64,000 nt of DNA from an uncultured Acidobacteriota bacterium (GTDB taxonomy: Bacteria; Acidobacteriota; UBA6911), in contig CAWEJX010000008.1 of the NCBI GenBank assembly GCA_963809485.1, forward strand, positions 576,001 through 640,000, written 5' to 3'. Made by a program: the position numbers and the translations under genes. This document shows positions 40,574-51,649 of this stretch, in pieces (position 1 is the first letter of the stretch; each line of letters opens with the position of its first letter). The notes beneath the pieces were generated by a model that was not told the DNA's origin, searched no databases, and saw only the letters and a list, made by a program, of their open reading frames with translations.

Positions 40574-41743
40574 TCAATAGATCAGGTATTGGGCGCGCTG
40601 CCGCAGAAACCCGTTGACGTCCTCCTGCCAGCTTTGCCTGATTTGGGAGAGCGGCGCCTGCTGCTCGATCATTTGAGCGATTCCCTTCCCGCCGGACAAA
40701 ATGTCGAACGGCAGTTTTTCGTATTCGTACTCGTAGGGCGGCTCGCGCCATTGGAAGGAATCCGGGTAAAGGGCGCGCGCGGCCGAAATCACCGCGATGC
40801 CGGTCAGATACGGCTCGAACTTCTCCCGGTCGGTGACGTGTATCTGGATCCCCCCGCACATCTGCCCGGCCCATTTTTGAAACGTGGGCTGAAAATACGC
40901 CGCCCGGAACCATACGCCGGGAAGGCCCTGCGCATTCAGTCGCCCGGCAAAGGCGCGGCTGTCGATAAATGGAGCGCCGATCAGCTCAAATGGCCGCGTC
41001 GTGCCGCGGCCCTCGGACAGACCGGTCCCTTCAACCAAAACCGTTCCGGGATAGACGGTAGCGGAATCCAGCGTGGGCAGATTGGGCGAGGGCTGAACCC
41101 ATGGAAGCCCTGTTTGGTCGAACCAGTGATCTCTCTTCCACCCCTGCATTTCGATCACGGTCAGGCTGCAGCCTATTCCGTATTCCGCATTGAAAAGACG
41201 GGCCAGTTCGCCCGCCGTCATCCCGTGGCGCATAGGCAGCGGGTAGCGCCCGACAAAGGAACGGAATTCCGGGTCGAGCAGATTCCCTTCCACATCCCTT
41301 CCGTTGACGGGATTGGGCCGGTCGAGCACCACCATCTCTTTCCCGGACCGCGCGCAGGCCTCCATGCAGTAGGCCATCGTATATATAAAGGTATAGACAC
41401 GCGTGCCAACGTCCTGGAGGTCGTACAGGAGCACGTCAAGCCCCTGGAGCATTTCCTCCGTCGGCCAGCGTGTCTCGCCGTAGAGGCTGTGTACGGGCAG
41501 GCCCGTATGAGGGTCCCGGTAAAACTCCGACTCGACCATGTTGTCCTGCTTTTCGCCCCTGGCGCCGTGTTGCGGGCCGAAAAGTGACGCCAGCCGGAAC
41601 TCCCCGCACTCTATCAGGGCATCCGCCGTATGCCTGAAGTCCGGAAGCACCGAGGCCGGGTGGACCACCGCACCCACTCGCGCCCCGCGTATCCGATCCC
41701 TGCGATCATTCAGAAGAACCTCGATACCCGGCTTCACCGCCAT
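40574..41743 (-). CDS. namZ: Exo-beta-N-acetylmuramidase (DUF1343)
   Basis: LFGPQHG, DLQDVGTRVYTFIYTM, LDRPNP, RHGMTAGE, SEGRGTTRPFE. Confidence 0.92.
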   Translation of the reverse strand: MAVKPGIEVLLNDRRDRIRGARVGAVVHPASVLPDFRHTADALIECGEFRLASLFGPQHGARGEKQDNMVESEFYRDPHTGLPVHSLYGETRWPTEEMLQGLDVLLYDLQDVGTRVYTFIYTMAYCMEACARSGKEMVVLDRPNPVNGRDVEGNLLDPEFRSFVGRYPLPMRHGMTAGELARLFNAEYGIGCSLTVIEMQGWKRDHWFDQTGLPWVQPSPNLPTLDSATVYPGTVLVEGTGLSEGRGTTRPFELIGAPFIDSRAFAGRLNAQGLPGVWFRAAYFQPTFQKWAGQMCGGIQIHVTDREKFEPYLTGIAVISAARALYPDSFQWREPPYEYEYEKLPFDILSGGKGIAQMIEQQAPLSQIRQSWQEDVNGFLRQRAQYLIY

Positions 41744-41799
41744 CGCCTCACCTCGTTCCTGGTCATATCTGATGAGCACGGGGCTCATCGGCACATTTA

Positions 41800-41876
41800 T
41801 AACGCTGACCCACGCCGATCGGACGCCGACGAACGCTGAAAAATTCTATATTTTTCCCGGCGTGGGTCAGCGTTAA
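41800..41876. repeat. ACGCTGAC palindromic element
   Basis: 4 left and 2 right units between the divergent namZ and HNH genes. Confidence 0.85.
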
Positions 41877-41992
41877 TTTTTTCCGATTGGGCTACTACTT
41901 TATTTTCACCCATCGAACGGGTCCGGAGACCCATCCTCTCATTGCGCTTGACTTGAAAAAACCGTTATATTTCAATTATCAGTACTCGCGCT

Positions 41993-42547
41993 ATGGAACA
42001 TACGCTGGTTTTGAATGCGACCTATGAACCCATCAACATCGTGTCCTGGAAACGCGCGCTCAGACTGCTCTACCAGGGCAAGGTCGAGGTGTTGGCCGAA
42101 TACGACCAGGAGATCCGGAGCATCAGCTTCACCATCAAAATGCCCAGCGTCCTGCGCCTCCTGCGCTATGTCAAGATCCGGAAGCGTTATCAGCACGTGA
42201 AGTTCTGCAGGGCGAACATCTACGCGCGCGATCACAATACCTGCCAGTATTGCGGGAAAAAGTGCTCCACGGACGACCTCACCTTCGACCATGTTATCCC
42301 CGTCGTCAAGGAAGGCGAGAAAACCTGGGAGAACATCGTCACCTGCTGCATAGACTGCAACCATAAAAAAGGAGGACGCACGCCGGAAGAAGCCGGTATG
42401 CGCCTGATACGGCATCCCAAAGAACCGGAGTGGGTCCCCACCATGCTGCACGTCACCATCGGGTTCCGCAGCGCCCCGGAAACATGGCGCGATTACCTCT
42501 ATTGGAACGTCGAGCTCGAATCCGATTTGAACGCTGACTCACGCTGA
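41993..42547 (+). CDS. HNH endonuclease (McrA/HNH_5-like)
   Basis: LVLNATYEP, RDHNTCQYCG, TFDHVIP, WENIVTCCIDCNHKKG. Confidence 0.92.
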   Translation: MEHTLVLNATYEPINIVSWKRALRLLYQGKVEVLAEYDQEIRSISFTIKMPSVLRLLRYVKIRKRYQHVKFCRANIYARDHNTCQYCGKKCSTDDLTFDHVIPVVKEGEKTWENIVTCCIDCNHKKGGRTPEEAGMRLIRHPKEPEWVPTMLHVTIGFRSAPETWRDYLYWNVELESDLNADSR

Positions 42548-42914
42548 CAGGACGCCGACGAACGCTGAAAAAAAATAAACTTTTCAGACTCGGTTGGCGC
42601 TGCCCTGGTGAAATTTGGCATCAGCAATCAGATTTCGGGAAATAAATGGCCTGCTTGCGAAACAATAATACCGGCGGATTATATGTCGGAAGACCCAACA
42701 CTTCACGATTTGGAACGTCGAGCTCGAATCCGATTTGAACGCTGACTCACGCTGACAAGACGCCGACGAACGCTGAAAAAAATTAAACTTTTCAGACTCG
42801 GGTGGCGCTGCCCTGGTGAAATTTGGCATCAGCAATCAGATTTCGGGAAATAAATGGCCTGCTTGCGAAACAATAATACCGGCGGATTATATGTCGGAAG
42901 ACCCAACACTTCAC
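42502..42914 (+). repeat. 208-bp tandem duplication (HNH 3' end, half element, dprA leader)
   Basis: ttggaacgtcgagctcg starts at both 42502 and 42710; the copies are nearly identical. Confidence 0.92.
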
Positions 42915-44033
42915 AATCTCGAATCCTTAACAAAGTCCGCCATCGAGGTCACGCTGCTGCCGGGCGTGGGCTACCTCGCGCAAAACCGCATCTGGAAGGC
43001 GTTTCCGGATATTTCCGAGTTTTTTTCGGCGGACGAGCCCTCCCTGGCCGCGCTTGGTATCTCTTCCGAGACGCTCCCGGTGCTACGCTCCAGGGCCTGC
43101 CGGGCCATCGCCGCGGAGATTTTCGACTGGTGCGCCCGCGAGGATTGCCGGCTGCTGGTCCGCGGACAGCCCGGATACCCTTCCCTGCTGGATGAAATAT
43201 ACGATCCGCCGCTGGTCCTGTATGCGCGCGGCTGCCTGGAGATTCCGGCAAATCCCTGCATCGCGATTGTGGGAACACGCAAGCCGACAATTTACGGGCT
43301 GCAAATGGCGCAGGGGATCGCGTCAGACCTGGCCGGCAGAGGCCTTTGCATCGCCAGCGGCCTGGCCCGCGGCATCGATGCCGCCGCGCACCGCGGCTGC
43401 CTGGATGCGAACGGCAAGACCATCGCGGTGCTCGGCTGCGGCATCGACGTCGTCTACCCGAAGGAGCACCGCCAGCTCGTCCGCAAAATTGCGCAAAACG
43501 GATTGCTGCTTTCGGAATTCGTTCCCGGCACCCCGCCTTCGCCGCAGAATTTCCCGGTGCGCAACCGCATCATCAGCGGCCTGGCTCTGGGCACCCTCAT
43601 CGTCGAAGCCAGCGAATACAGCGGATCGCTGATCACCGCCAGGCTGGCCATGGAGCAGAACCGGGAAGTGTTCGCCTTGCCGGGCAACCTGACGTCGCCG
43701 CAAAGCTTCGGGCCCAATTTTCTGATCAAACAGGGCGCGAAGCTCGTCCAATCCTGGCGCGATGTGGTGGAAGAGCTGCCCTCGGAGCTTCGGCGCGAAA
43801 TATTGATCAGGGAAGATACACCTTGCCCAAAACCGGGCCTGGGACTGTTGTCCAGGGACGAAGAAAGCGTCCTGGGCCTTCTGAAAGCGGACGAGGCAGT
43901 GCAATTCGATAAAATATACCGCGCCAGCGGCCTCGGCATCCCCCAGTTGAGCGGATTGATGCTGAGTCTAGAGATGCAGGGGTATATTCGCCAGCTGCCG
44001 GGGAATCTTTATGTGCGGATCGTTAAACGTTGA
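42891..44033 (+). CDS. dprA: DNA-processing protein DprA
   Basis: YPSLL.EIYDPP, IVGTR, SGLARGID..AH, NFPVRNRIISG, SGSLITA; start uncertain. Confidence 0.95.
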   Translation: MSEDPTLHNLESLTKSAIEVTLLPGVGYLAQNRIWKAFPDISEFFSADEPSLAALGISSETLPVLRSRACRAIAAEIFDWCAREDCRLLVRGQPGYPSLLDEIYDPPLVLYARGCLEIPANPCIAIVGTRKPTIYGLQMAQGIASDLAGRGLCIASGLARGIDAAAHRGCLDANGKTIAVLGCGIDVVYPKEHRQLVRKIAQNGLLLSEFVPGTPPSPQNFPVRNRIISGLALGTLIVEASEYSGSLITARLAMEQNREVFALPGNLTSPQSFGPNFLIKQGAKLVQSWRDVVEELPSELRREILIREDTPCPKPGLGLLSRDEESVLGLLKADEAVQFDKIYRASGLGIPQLSGLMLSLEMQGYIRQLPGNLYVRIVKR

Positions 44034-44093
44034 ACGTTTAAACGTTTGAACGTTGAACGTTGGAACGTGCAAACGTGTTAACGTTCCAACGTG
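44021..44093. repeat. AACGTT-core tandem repeat
   Basis: About 10 units overlapping the dprA stop. Confidence 0.85.
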
Positions 44094-44171
44094 CGATCCC
44101 TGGGCAAAATCTGGAGGTTATGATAATTTTGCTTGGAATTTTCTTAGGGTTAGTATAGCTTGCGCGCTTCT

Positions 44172-46586
44172 ATGGATAAGTCACTCGTAGTCGTTGAATC
44201 GCCGGCCAAGGCAAAAACCATCGGCAAATACCTTGGCAAAAACTATGTCGTCAAGGCCTCTGTCGGCCACATCAAGGATCTGCCCAAGAGCAAGCTGGGC
44301 GTTGACGTGGAAGACGATTTCACTCCCCACTACGCCGTAATTCCCGCCAAAGCTAAGGTGGTCAAGGAATTACGCGCAGCGGCCAAAGGCATTAAAGACA
44401 TCTACCTCGCGGCCGACCCGGACCGCGAGGGAGAAGCCATCTGCCAGCACCTGTCCGAGGAACTGTCCTCAAAGTCCCGCAACATCTATCGCGTCCTTTT
44501 CCACGAGATCACCAAAAACGCCATCCAGGAGGCGTTCAAGAGGCCCGGCCGCATCAACCAGCACAAGGTGGACGCGCAGCTGACGCGGCGCATCCTGGAC
44601 CGGCTGGTCGGATACAAAATCAGCCCCCTGCTGTGGGACAAGGTGAGGCGCGGCCTCTCCGCCGGCAGGGTTCAAACCGTGGCCCTGCGCCTGATCGTCG
44701 AGCGGGAACAGGAGATACGCGCTTTCAAATCCGAGGAATACTGGACCCTCGCAGCCAGGCTGGCGGGAAAAGCGCCTCCCGAATTTAAGGCCTGGGCGCG
44801 CCTGATCGACGGGAAGAAATGGGAAGTCGGCGACGGCGAAACCGCCAGGGGCATCGCGAGCGAACTCGAGAGCGTGCCCTTTGTGGTCCGCGAGATTCAC
44901 CGGCGGGAAAAGAAAAAATATCCCGTGCCGCCCTTCATCACAAGCAAGCTTCAGCAGGAAGCGGCCAGGAAACTCAACTTTTCGGTCAAACGGACTATGC
45001 TCCTGGCGCAGAGGCTTTACGAAGGGATTGAAATAGGCCGGGAGGGCTCGGTCGGCCTGATCACCTATATGCGCACCGACAGCAGCCGCGTGGCCGAGAG
45101 CGCCCTCGAGGAAGTGCGCAACCTGATCAAGCGCGATTTCGGCGAGGCCTATCTTCCCCACCATCCCATTTACTACAAATCCAAAAAAACGGCCCAGGAA
45201 GCGCACGAGGCCATCCGGCCCACCTCCGTCGAGCGGACGCCCGAAAGCCTCCGCAACGACCTGGAACCGGACCTCTGGAAGCTGTACGCGCTGATCTGGA
45301 CGCGCTTCGTCGCTTCCCAGATGAATCCGGCGGTCTTCGACCAGACCAACGTCAAAATCGACGCCGGAAGAGTGGAGTTCCGGGCCACGGGTTCCGTCGT
45401 CAAGTTCAGCGGGTTTCTCGCCATCTACCAGGAGGCCAGGCCGGATGAAAAGCCGGCCGGCCAGGAAGCGGTCGAGGAAGAGGAAGTCCTGCCGGAAATG
45501 ACCGAGGGCGAAACGCTCGCGCTCAAAGAGCTCCTGCCCGACCAGCATTTCACTCAGCCGCCGCCGCGCTACAACGAAGCCAGCCTGGTCAAGGCCCTCG
45601 AAGCCAAAGGGATCGGGCGGCCAAGCACCTATGCCTCAATTTTGAGCACGCTGCAGGACCGCGAGTACGCCGACAAGCAGGACGGCAAGTTCTACCCGAC
45701 CGAGATCGGCGAGGTGGTCCTCGGGCTTCTTGTCGCCAGCTTCCAGGAGATCTTCGATTACGAGTACACCGCGCGCATGGAGGATCACCTCGACCGCATT
45801 GAATCGGGCCGCGAGCCCTGGAAACAGGCGCTGCGCGATTTCTACGACCGTTTCGCCAAAAAACTGAAGGTGGCGCAAAAGGAGATGCGCGACGTCAAGG
45901 CCGAGGCCGTTGAGACCGACGTCGTCTGCGAGAAATGCGGCAGCAAAATGGTGATCAAATGGGGCAAGTTCGGGCGCTTCCTGGCCTGCTCGGCATACCC
46001 CGAATGCCGCAACACGCGCGAAATCTCAAAGGAGCCGAACGGAGCGGAACCGGCGCCGGCCCTGCCCGAAGATATCGAGTGCGACAAATGCGGCAGGCCG
46101 ATGGTGCTCAAGCGCGGACGCTTCGGCGAGTTCCTGGCCTGTTCCGGATACCCCGAATGCCGCAACACGAAGAAGATCGTGAAATCGGCCCAAGATGTCA
46201 CCGTAAAACACGACATACCCCTGAATGAAGATTGCCCCGTGTGCGGCAAAAAACTGGCGATCAAGCACGGCCGTTACGGGGAATACACCGCCTGCAGCGA
46301 TTACCCGGACTGCAAGTACATCAAGCTGAAATCCACCGGCGTGCCCTGCGGCAGAGCCGGTTGCGGCGGGGAGATTGTCGAAAGGAAATCCCGCCGGGGC
46401 AAAACTTTCTACGGCTGCTCCAATTACCCGGACTGCGATTTCGTGCTTTGGAACAAGCCTTTGCCCGATCCCTGCCCGCTGTGCCAGGCGCCGTTTACGC
46501 TCCTTAAAACCACCAAGCGCTCCGGCGCGGTCCGCATCTGTAATACCGACGGATGCAAATTCAATGAGCCCCTGGAGAGCGATTGA
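44172..46586 (+). CDS. topA: DNA topoisomerase I
   Basis: VESPAKAKTI, DPDREGEAI, SAGRVQ, ITYMRTDS, C-terminal C4 zinc ribbons. Confidence 0.98.
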   Translation: MDKSLVVVESPAKAKTIGKYLGKNYVVKASVGHIKDLPKSKLGVDVEDDFTPHYAVIPAKAKVVKELRAAAKGIKDIYLAADPDREGEAICQHLSEELSSKSRNIYRVLFHEITKNAIQEAFKRPGRINQHKVDAQLTRRILDRLVGYKISPLLWDKVRRGLSAGRVQTVALRLIVEREQEIRAFKSEEYWTLAARLAGKAPPEFKAWARLIDGKKWEVGDGETARGIASELESVPFVVREIHRREKKKYPVPPFITSKLQQEAARKLNFSVKRTMLLAQRLYEGIEIGREGSVGLITYMRTDSSRVAESALEEVRNLIKRDFGEAYLPHHPIYYKSKKTAQEAHEAIRPTSVERTPESLRNDLEPDLWKLYALIWTRFVASQMNPAVFDQTNVKIDAGRVEFRATGSVVKFSGFLAIYQEARPDEKPAGQEAVEEEEVLPEMTEGETLALKELLPDQHFTQPPPRYNEASLVKALEAKGIGRPSTYASILSTLQDREYADKQDGKFYPTEIGEVVLGLLVASFQEIFDYEYTARMEDHLDRIESGREPWKQALRDFYDRFAKKLKVAQKEMRDVKAEAVETDVVCEKCGSKMVIKWGKFGRFLACSAYPECRNTREISKEPNGAEPAPALPEDIECDKCGRPMVLKRGRFGEFLACSGYPECRNTKKIVKSAQDVTVKHDIPLNEDCPVCGKKLAIKHGRYGEYTACSDYPDCKYIKLKSTGVPCGRAGCGGEIVERKSRRGKTFYGCSNYPDCDFVLWNKPLPDPCPLCQAPFTLLKTTKRSGAVRICNTDGCKFNEPLESD

Positions 46587-46693
46587 TTAACGCTGACGTA
46601 CGCCGACAAAACGCTGACTTACGCTGAAAAAAAATATATAAATATATTTTTACAGCGTATGTCGGCGTTTTTGTCAGCGTGAGTCGGCGTTAA
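46587..46693. repeat. ACGCTGAC palindromic element
   Basis: Complete 4+4 copy with TTAA ends directly after the topA stop. Confidence 0.9.
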
Positions 46694-46705
46694 ACTGGAG
46701 GGGAG

Positions 46706-47617
46706 ATGCGCATTGCTCTGGCGGTCCTGGGAATTGTTGTGGTGTCGGCATGGGCCTGCGGGCAGTCGCCCAGAGCGTCTTCATCGATTTCCGCTCTCAG
46801 CGGGGAGCGGGCGATGGATTACGTCCGGGCGCAGGTGGCTTTCGGCCCGCGCCCCCCGGGTTCGCCGCAGCTTGAGAAATGCAGGCAATTCATCGAAAAA
46901 GAGCTGCGCAGTTTCGGGTACAGCGTCGAGGACGACGCGTTTACGGCCGAAACGCCCTACGGCCCGATCCGCATGCACAACCTGATCGCGCGCAAAGGCG
47001 ACGGCGCCCGCGGAGTGATCGCGCTGGCGAGCCACTACGATACCAAGCTGATGGAGGGGAAAAACTTCGTCGGCGCCAACGACGCCGGCAGCAGCACCGG
47101 CCTGCTGCTGGAACTGGCGAGAGTCCTGGCCGCAAGCAGGGATCCGGTGGACTACTGGTTCCTGTTCCTTGACGGCGAGGAGGCTTTCGTGGAGTGGAGC
47201 ACCTTCGACAGCACCTACGGCAGCCGGCACCTTGCGCGCCGCTGGCAGAAGGAAGGGACCGCGAAAAAAATACGCGCCCTGATCCTGCTCGACATGATCG
47301 GGGACAAGGACCTGGACATATTTTATGAAACCAACTCCACGCGCTGGCTGATGGACCTGGTCTGGGAGACGGCGCAAAAGGCCGGCTTGAAGGACATCCT
47401 TTCCCCAATACGGACGGCCGTGGAGGACGATCATCTGCCCTTCCTCGATGCCGGCATCCCGTCGGTCGACATCATCGACCTCAATTTCGGCCCGCAGAAT
47501 TCCTACCACCACACACTGGCCGACACGCTGGACAAAGTCAGCCCCGAAAGCATGGAGAAGACCGGCAAGCTCGTCCTCGCGCTGCTAAACGCCTTAAATA
47601 ACGCTGACGCACGCTGA
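46706..47617 (+). CDS. M28 family peptidase / glutaminyl cyclase-like
   Basis: FGPRPPGS, SHYDTK, GANDAGSS, DGEE, LLDMIG, EDDHLPF, HT..DT. Confidence 0.9.
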   Translation: MRIALAVLGIVVVSAWACGQSPRASSSISALSGERAMDYVRAQVAFGPRPPGSPQLEKCRQFIEKELRSFGYSVEDDAFTAETPYGPIRMHNLIARKGDGARGVIALASHYDTKLMEGKNFVGANDAGSSTGLLLELARVLAASRDPVDYWFLFLDGEEAFVEWSTFDSTYGSRHLARRWQKEGTAKKIRALILLDMIGDKDLDIFYETNSTRWLMDLVWETAQKAGLKDILSPIRTAVEDDHLPFLDAGIPSVDIIDLNFGPQNSYHHTLADTLDKVSPESMEKTGKLVLALLNALNNADAR

Positions 47618-47703
47618 CGAAACGCCGACATACGCTGAAAAATAGATATATATAAATTTTATCTCAGCGTGCGTCGGCGTTATGTCAGCGTATGTCAGCG
47701 TTA
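47599..47703. repeat. ACGCTGAC palindromic element
   Basis: Complete copy; encodes the M28 tail NADAR*. Confidence 0.9.
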
Positions 47704-47788
47704 CTGAATTGCGGGTTGCGACTCGCTATGATAGTATTCCGTTTTTTTGGTTTCACGCCATGATCATCCCCTCCCGAAAGGAGCTTTT

Positions 47789-49890
47789 ATGAGGGTTTTT
47801 GAGAGCGATTCCATCCGAAATATCTGCCTCGTCGGTCACGGCGCATCGGGAAAGACCTCGCTGACCTCTGCGATGCTGTTCGACGCCGGAGCCGTCAACC
47901 GGCTGGCACGGGTCGAGGACGGCAATACGGTCACCGACTGGGAAGAGGAGGAAATCGAACGCAAGATCAGCATCAGCTGCGCGCTAGCACACTGCGAGTG
48001 GAACAAGAAAAAGGTCAACATCCTGGACACTCCCGGCTACCGGCCCTTCCTGGCCGAAACACAGCTGGCGATGCGCGCCGCGGATGCGGCGGTCGTGGTG
48101 GTCGATGCGGTCGCCGGCGTGGAAGTGCAGACGGAGAAGGTGTGGGAATTCTGCGACGAGTACTCCCTTCCCCGCATCATCGTGATCAACAAGCTCGACC
48201 GGGACAACGCCAGCAGCGAGCGCAGCCTGTCGTCGCTGGAGGAGACATTCGGACGCGGCGCGGTTGCCGTCGAGATTCCGATGGGCCTCGAGCGCGATTT
48301 CGACGGGGTCATCAGCATCGTGACCAACAAGGCATACCGTTACGCGCGCGACGGTTCGGGAAAGTTCCAGGAGGAAGAAGTCCCCGCGGAGTTCAAAGAC
48401 GAAGCCGCCGAAAAGCGCGAGAAGCTGATCGAGATGGTGGCCGAATCGAGCGACACCCTGATGGAAAAGTTCTTCGCCGAGGGCACGCTGGACCAGGCCG
48501 ATCTCATGGAAGGCCTGAAAAACGCCGTCCTGCAGCGAAGCGTCTACCCGGTTTTCTATGCCAGCGCAACGCTCTCAATATCGGAATCGCCCAGATCCTG
48601 GATGCCATCGCGGATCTGCTCCCTTCGCCGGCAACGGTCGGCAAAGTCAAGCGGGATCGATCCCAAAACCAATCAGCCGGTTGAGCGCGCCATTTCGAGC
48701 AAGGAACCTTACGCCGCCTATGTTTTCAAAACGATCGCCGATCCGTTTGCGGGCCGCATCAGCCTCATCAAGCTTTATTCCGGGGTCATGCGCTCCGACA
48801 GCACCTACAATAACCAGACCAAGGGCAAAAGCGAAAAGCTCGGCCCGCTGCAGATCCCGCAGGGCAAGACCATGATTCCGGTCGGCGAGGTCCACGCGGG
48901 AGACTTTTTCGCCGTCACCAAACTCAGGGAAACCACTACGGGAGATACCCTGTGCGATCCGGCCCACGCCATCGTATTTGCGAGCGTGGAAGTGCCGGAA
49001 CCTTCCATCACGTTCGCCATCGAGCCCAAGAGCCGCGGCGATGAAGACAAGATCAGCAATGCTCTGGCGCGCATCGCTCGAGGAAGATGCGGCGATCAAA
49101 TACACCCGCGATCCCCAAACGAAACAGCTGCTGCTTTCCGGTTCCGGCCAGCTTGCACGTGGAAGTCACGGTGGCCAAATTGCGGAAGCGCTATGGCGTT
49201 GAAGTTATTCTCAAAACGCCCAAGGTCCCCTATCGCGAAACCATTCGGGGCAAAGCGGACGTGCAGGGCCGCCACAAGAAGCAGACCGGCGGCCACGGCC
49301 AGTTTGGAGACTGCTGGATCAAAATGGAACCGCTGCCTCGCGGCGGCGAGTTTTGAGTTTGTCGACGAGATTTTCGGCGGATCCATCCCGCGCAACTTCA
49401 TCCCCGCCGTTGAAAAAGGGAATTGTCGATGCGGCTGCGCGAGGATTTCTCGCCGGATACCCTGTGGTCGACTTCAGGGTGATCCTTTACGACGGCAGCT
49501 ATCACCCGGTCGATTCTTCCGAAATGGCCTTCAAGATCGCCGGCAGCCTTGCATTCAAAAAGGCGATGGAGGAAGCCAATCCCGTTCTTCTGGAGCCTAT
49601 CATGAACGTCGAGATTTATGCTCCGCAGGAATACGCCGGAGCCCTCACGGGCGATCTCAGCAGCAGGCGCGGCAGGCTGCAGGGGATGGACATCAAGCGG
49701 GACATCCAGATCATCAAGGCGCAGGTTCCCATGTCGGAAATGGTTTCCTATGCTCCGGTTCTCACTTCGGTGACCGGCGGTCGAGGAACCTATCACATGG
49801 AATTTTCGCACTACGACGAGGTCCCGGCGCATATCAGCCCAGAAGATCATCGAGGAAGCCAACAAGGATAAAAAGCAAGAGGAAGAATAG
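47789..49890 (+). CDS. fusA: Elongation factor G (EF-G2-like), several apparent frameshifts
   Basis: GHGASGKTS, LDTPG, NKLD, PKVPYRETI..HKKQTGGHGQFG, DGSYHPVDSSEMAF, LLEPIM spread over different frames. Confidence 0.92.
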
Positions 49891-49896
49891 CCCCTG

Positions 49897-50693
49897 ATGT
49901 ACCCTAAGATACTGGATTTGGGTCCCGTAACGATTCACACCTATGGCCTGTTGCTGGCCGCTGGCTTTCATCGCGGGCATCTGGATGACGAGCCGGAACG
50001 CCAGAGAAGCAGGGGATCGATCCGGATTCAATCTGGAACATGGGGCTGATCGTCATCTTTGCGGCTCTCGTGGGCGCGAAGGTTATTTTGCTTTTTTCCA
50101 ATTCCGATATTACTCCCAGAATTTCCGGGAAATCTTTTCCCTCTCCACCCTTCGTTCCCCGGGGGTCTATTACGGAGGCCTGCTGCTCGCCCTGGGCGCC
50201 GCGGCCTGGTACATGGCGAAGAAAAAGACTCCCCGGCTGGACCGTCGCCGATCTTGCGGCGCCGGGCATCGCGTTGGGACAGGCGATTGGACGCTTCGGG
50301 CTGCCTGTCGGCAGGCTGCTGCTACGGCAAGCCTACTTCGCTGCCGTGGGGCATCACCTTCAGCAATCCATATTCCTACGACAATGTGGGCGTTCCGCTC
50401 AATGTGGCGCTTCACCCGACGCAGATCTATGAATCCATCGGCACCTTGTGCCTTTATCTTTACCTGACGTGGCGTCTCTCCAGGAAACACATGACGGGAC
50501 AGATCATGCTGGAGTACCTGGCTCTTTACGCCTGCTTCGCTTTATCCTCGAGTTCTTCCGCGACGATGACCGCGGCTTTGTGCTTTACGGGCTTCTTTCG
50601 ACATCGCAGTTTATCGCTATTCTGACCGTCCTCGGTGCGGGCGTCCTCTACTGGTTTCTCGTCCGCCGTCTCGGGGAAGTTCAGCAAAATTGA
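49897..50693 (+). CDS. lgt: Prolipoprotein diacylglyceryl transferase, apparent frameshifts
   Basis: MYP..IHTYG, YYGG, GQAIGR.GC..AGCCYG, HPTQIYES, RF..EFFR in shifting frames. Confidence 0.9.
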
Positions 50694-51649
50694 GCAACCG
50701 AACCGAGTCATGGATTGTGCCGCCCGGCGACGAACGGATCCGCCTGGATCAGTATCTGGCGCGCAAAATCCCCGGAGAAAGCCGTTCCCAGATTCAGACT
50801 TGGATTCGCAACGGGTACATCCGCGTCAACGGGCAAGAGGTAAAAACCGGGCACCTGACGCGGATCGATGACCTCATCGCCCTCGAAGCGCCCGAACCTC
50901 AGCCTCTGTCGGTTTTTCCCGAAGCCATCCCACTCGACATCCTGTACGAGGACTCCGATCTGGCCGTCATCAACAAACCGGCCGGGCTTGTATGCCATAC
51001 CGGCGCCGGCGTGCGTTCCGGAACGCTGGTGAATGCCCTGCTGTACCGTTTGGGGCCGCTGGATACCGGAGATCCTTCGAGGCCCGGCATCGTTCATCGC
51101 CTGGATAAGTTCACCAGCGGCGTCATGCTGGTCGCGAAAAACAGACCGTCTCACCGCCAGCTTTCGCAGCAGTTCAAGAACCGGGAGGTGAAAAAGGAAT
51201 ACGTGGCTTGCGTTTACGGCAAGCCGTCCCCTGCATCCGGAACCATCGACCTGCCCCTGGGGCGCGATCCCAAAGACAGGAAAAAAATTTCGACGCGGGC
51301 GCACCGGACGCGAACGGCCGTCACTCATTACAGCGTGCGCGAGAGCCTGGGGCCGCTTTCGCTGCTGGCCGTGCGGATCGAGACAGGCAGGACGCACCAG
51401 ATACGCGTCCACCTGGCGCACAAGGGGCATCCGGTGGTCGGCGATGCTTTATACGGCGCCAACCGCAGCCGCAACCTTGCGCCCGAACTGCAGGCTGCCG
51501 TAAGGGAACTGCAGAGGCCGTTCCTTCACTCCTTCCGGCTGCAATTCCAGCATCCCCGGACCGGACAGCCCCTTGCATTCGAATGTCCGCTGCCGGCGGA
51601 GCTGGAGGATTTCCGGAGCAAACTGGTGGATAACGCTGACTTACGCTGA
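50690..51649 (+). CDS. rluD: RluA-family pseudouridine synthase (RluD-like)
   Basis: S4 domain RLDQYL, NKPAGLV, RPGIVHRLDKFTSG, ETGRTHQIRVH. Confidence 0.93.
   Translation: MSNRTESWIVPPGDERIRLDQYLARKIPGESRSQIQTWIRNGYIRVNGQEVKTGHLTRIDDLIALEAPEPQPLSVFPEAIPLDILYEDSDLAVINKPAGLVCHTGAGVRSGTLVNALLYRLGPLDTGDPSRPGIVHRLDKFTSGVMLVAKNRPSHRQLSQQFKNREVKKEYVACVYGKPSPASGTIDLPLGRDPKDRKKISTRAHRTRTAVTHYSVRESLGPLSLLAVRIETGRTHQIRVHLAHKGHPVVGDALYGANRSRNLAPELQAAVRELQRPFLHSFRLQFQHPRTGQPLAFECPLPAELEDFRSKLVDNADLR

Noticed and set aside
41993-42547. HNH as an RNA-guided nuclease (IscB/Cas9-like) or as the mobiliser of the repeats
   Set aside because: It is a 184-aa stand-alone HNH of a widespread family with no RuvC motifs, and the repeats flank many unrelated genes equally.
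47789-50693. Programmed frameshifting in fusA/lgt
   Set aside because: The shifts are too many and too irregular; sequencing error is more parsimonious.
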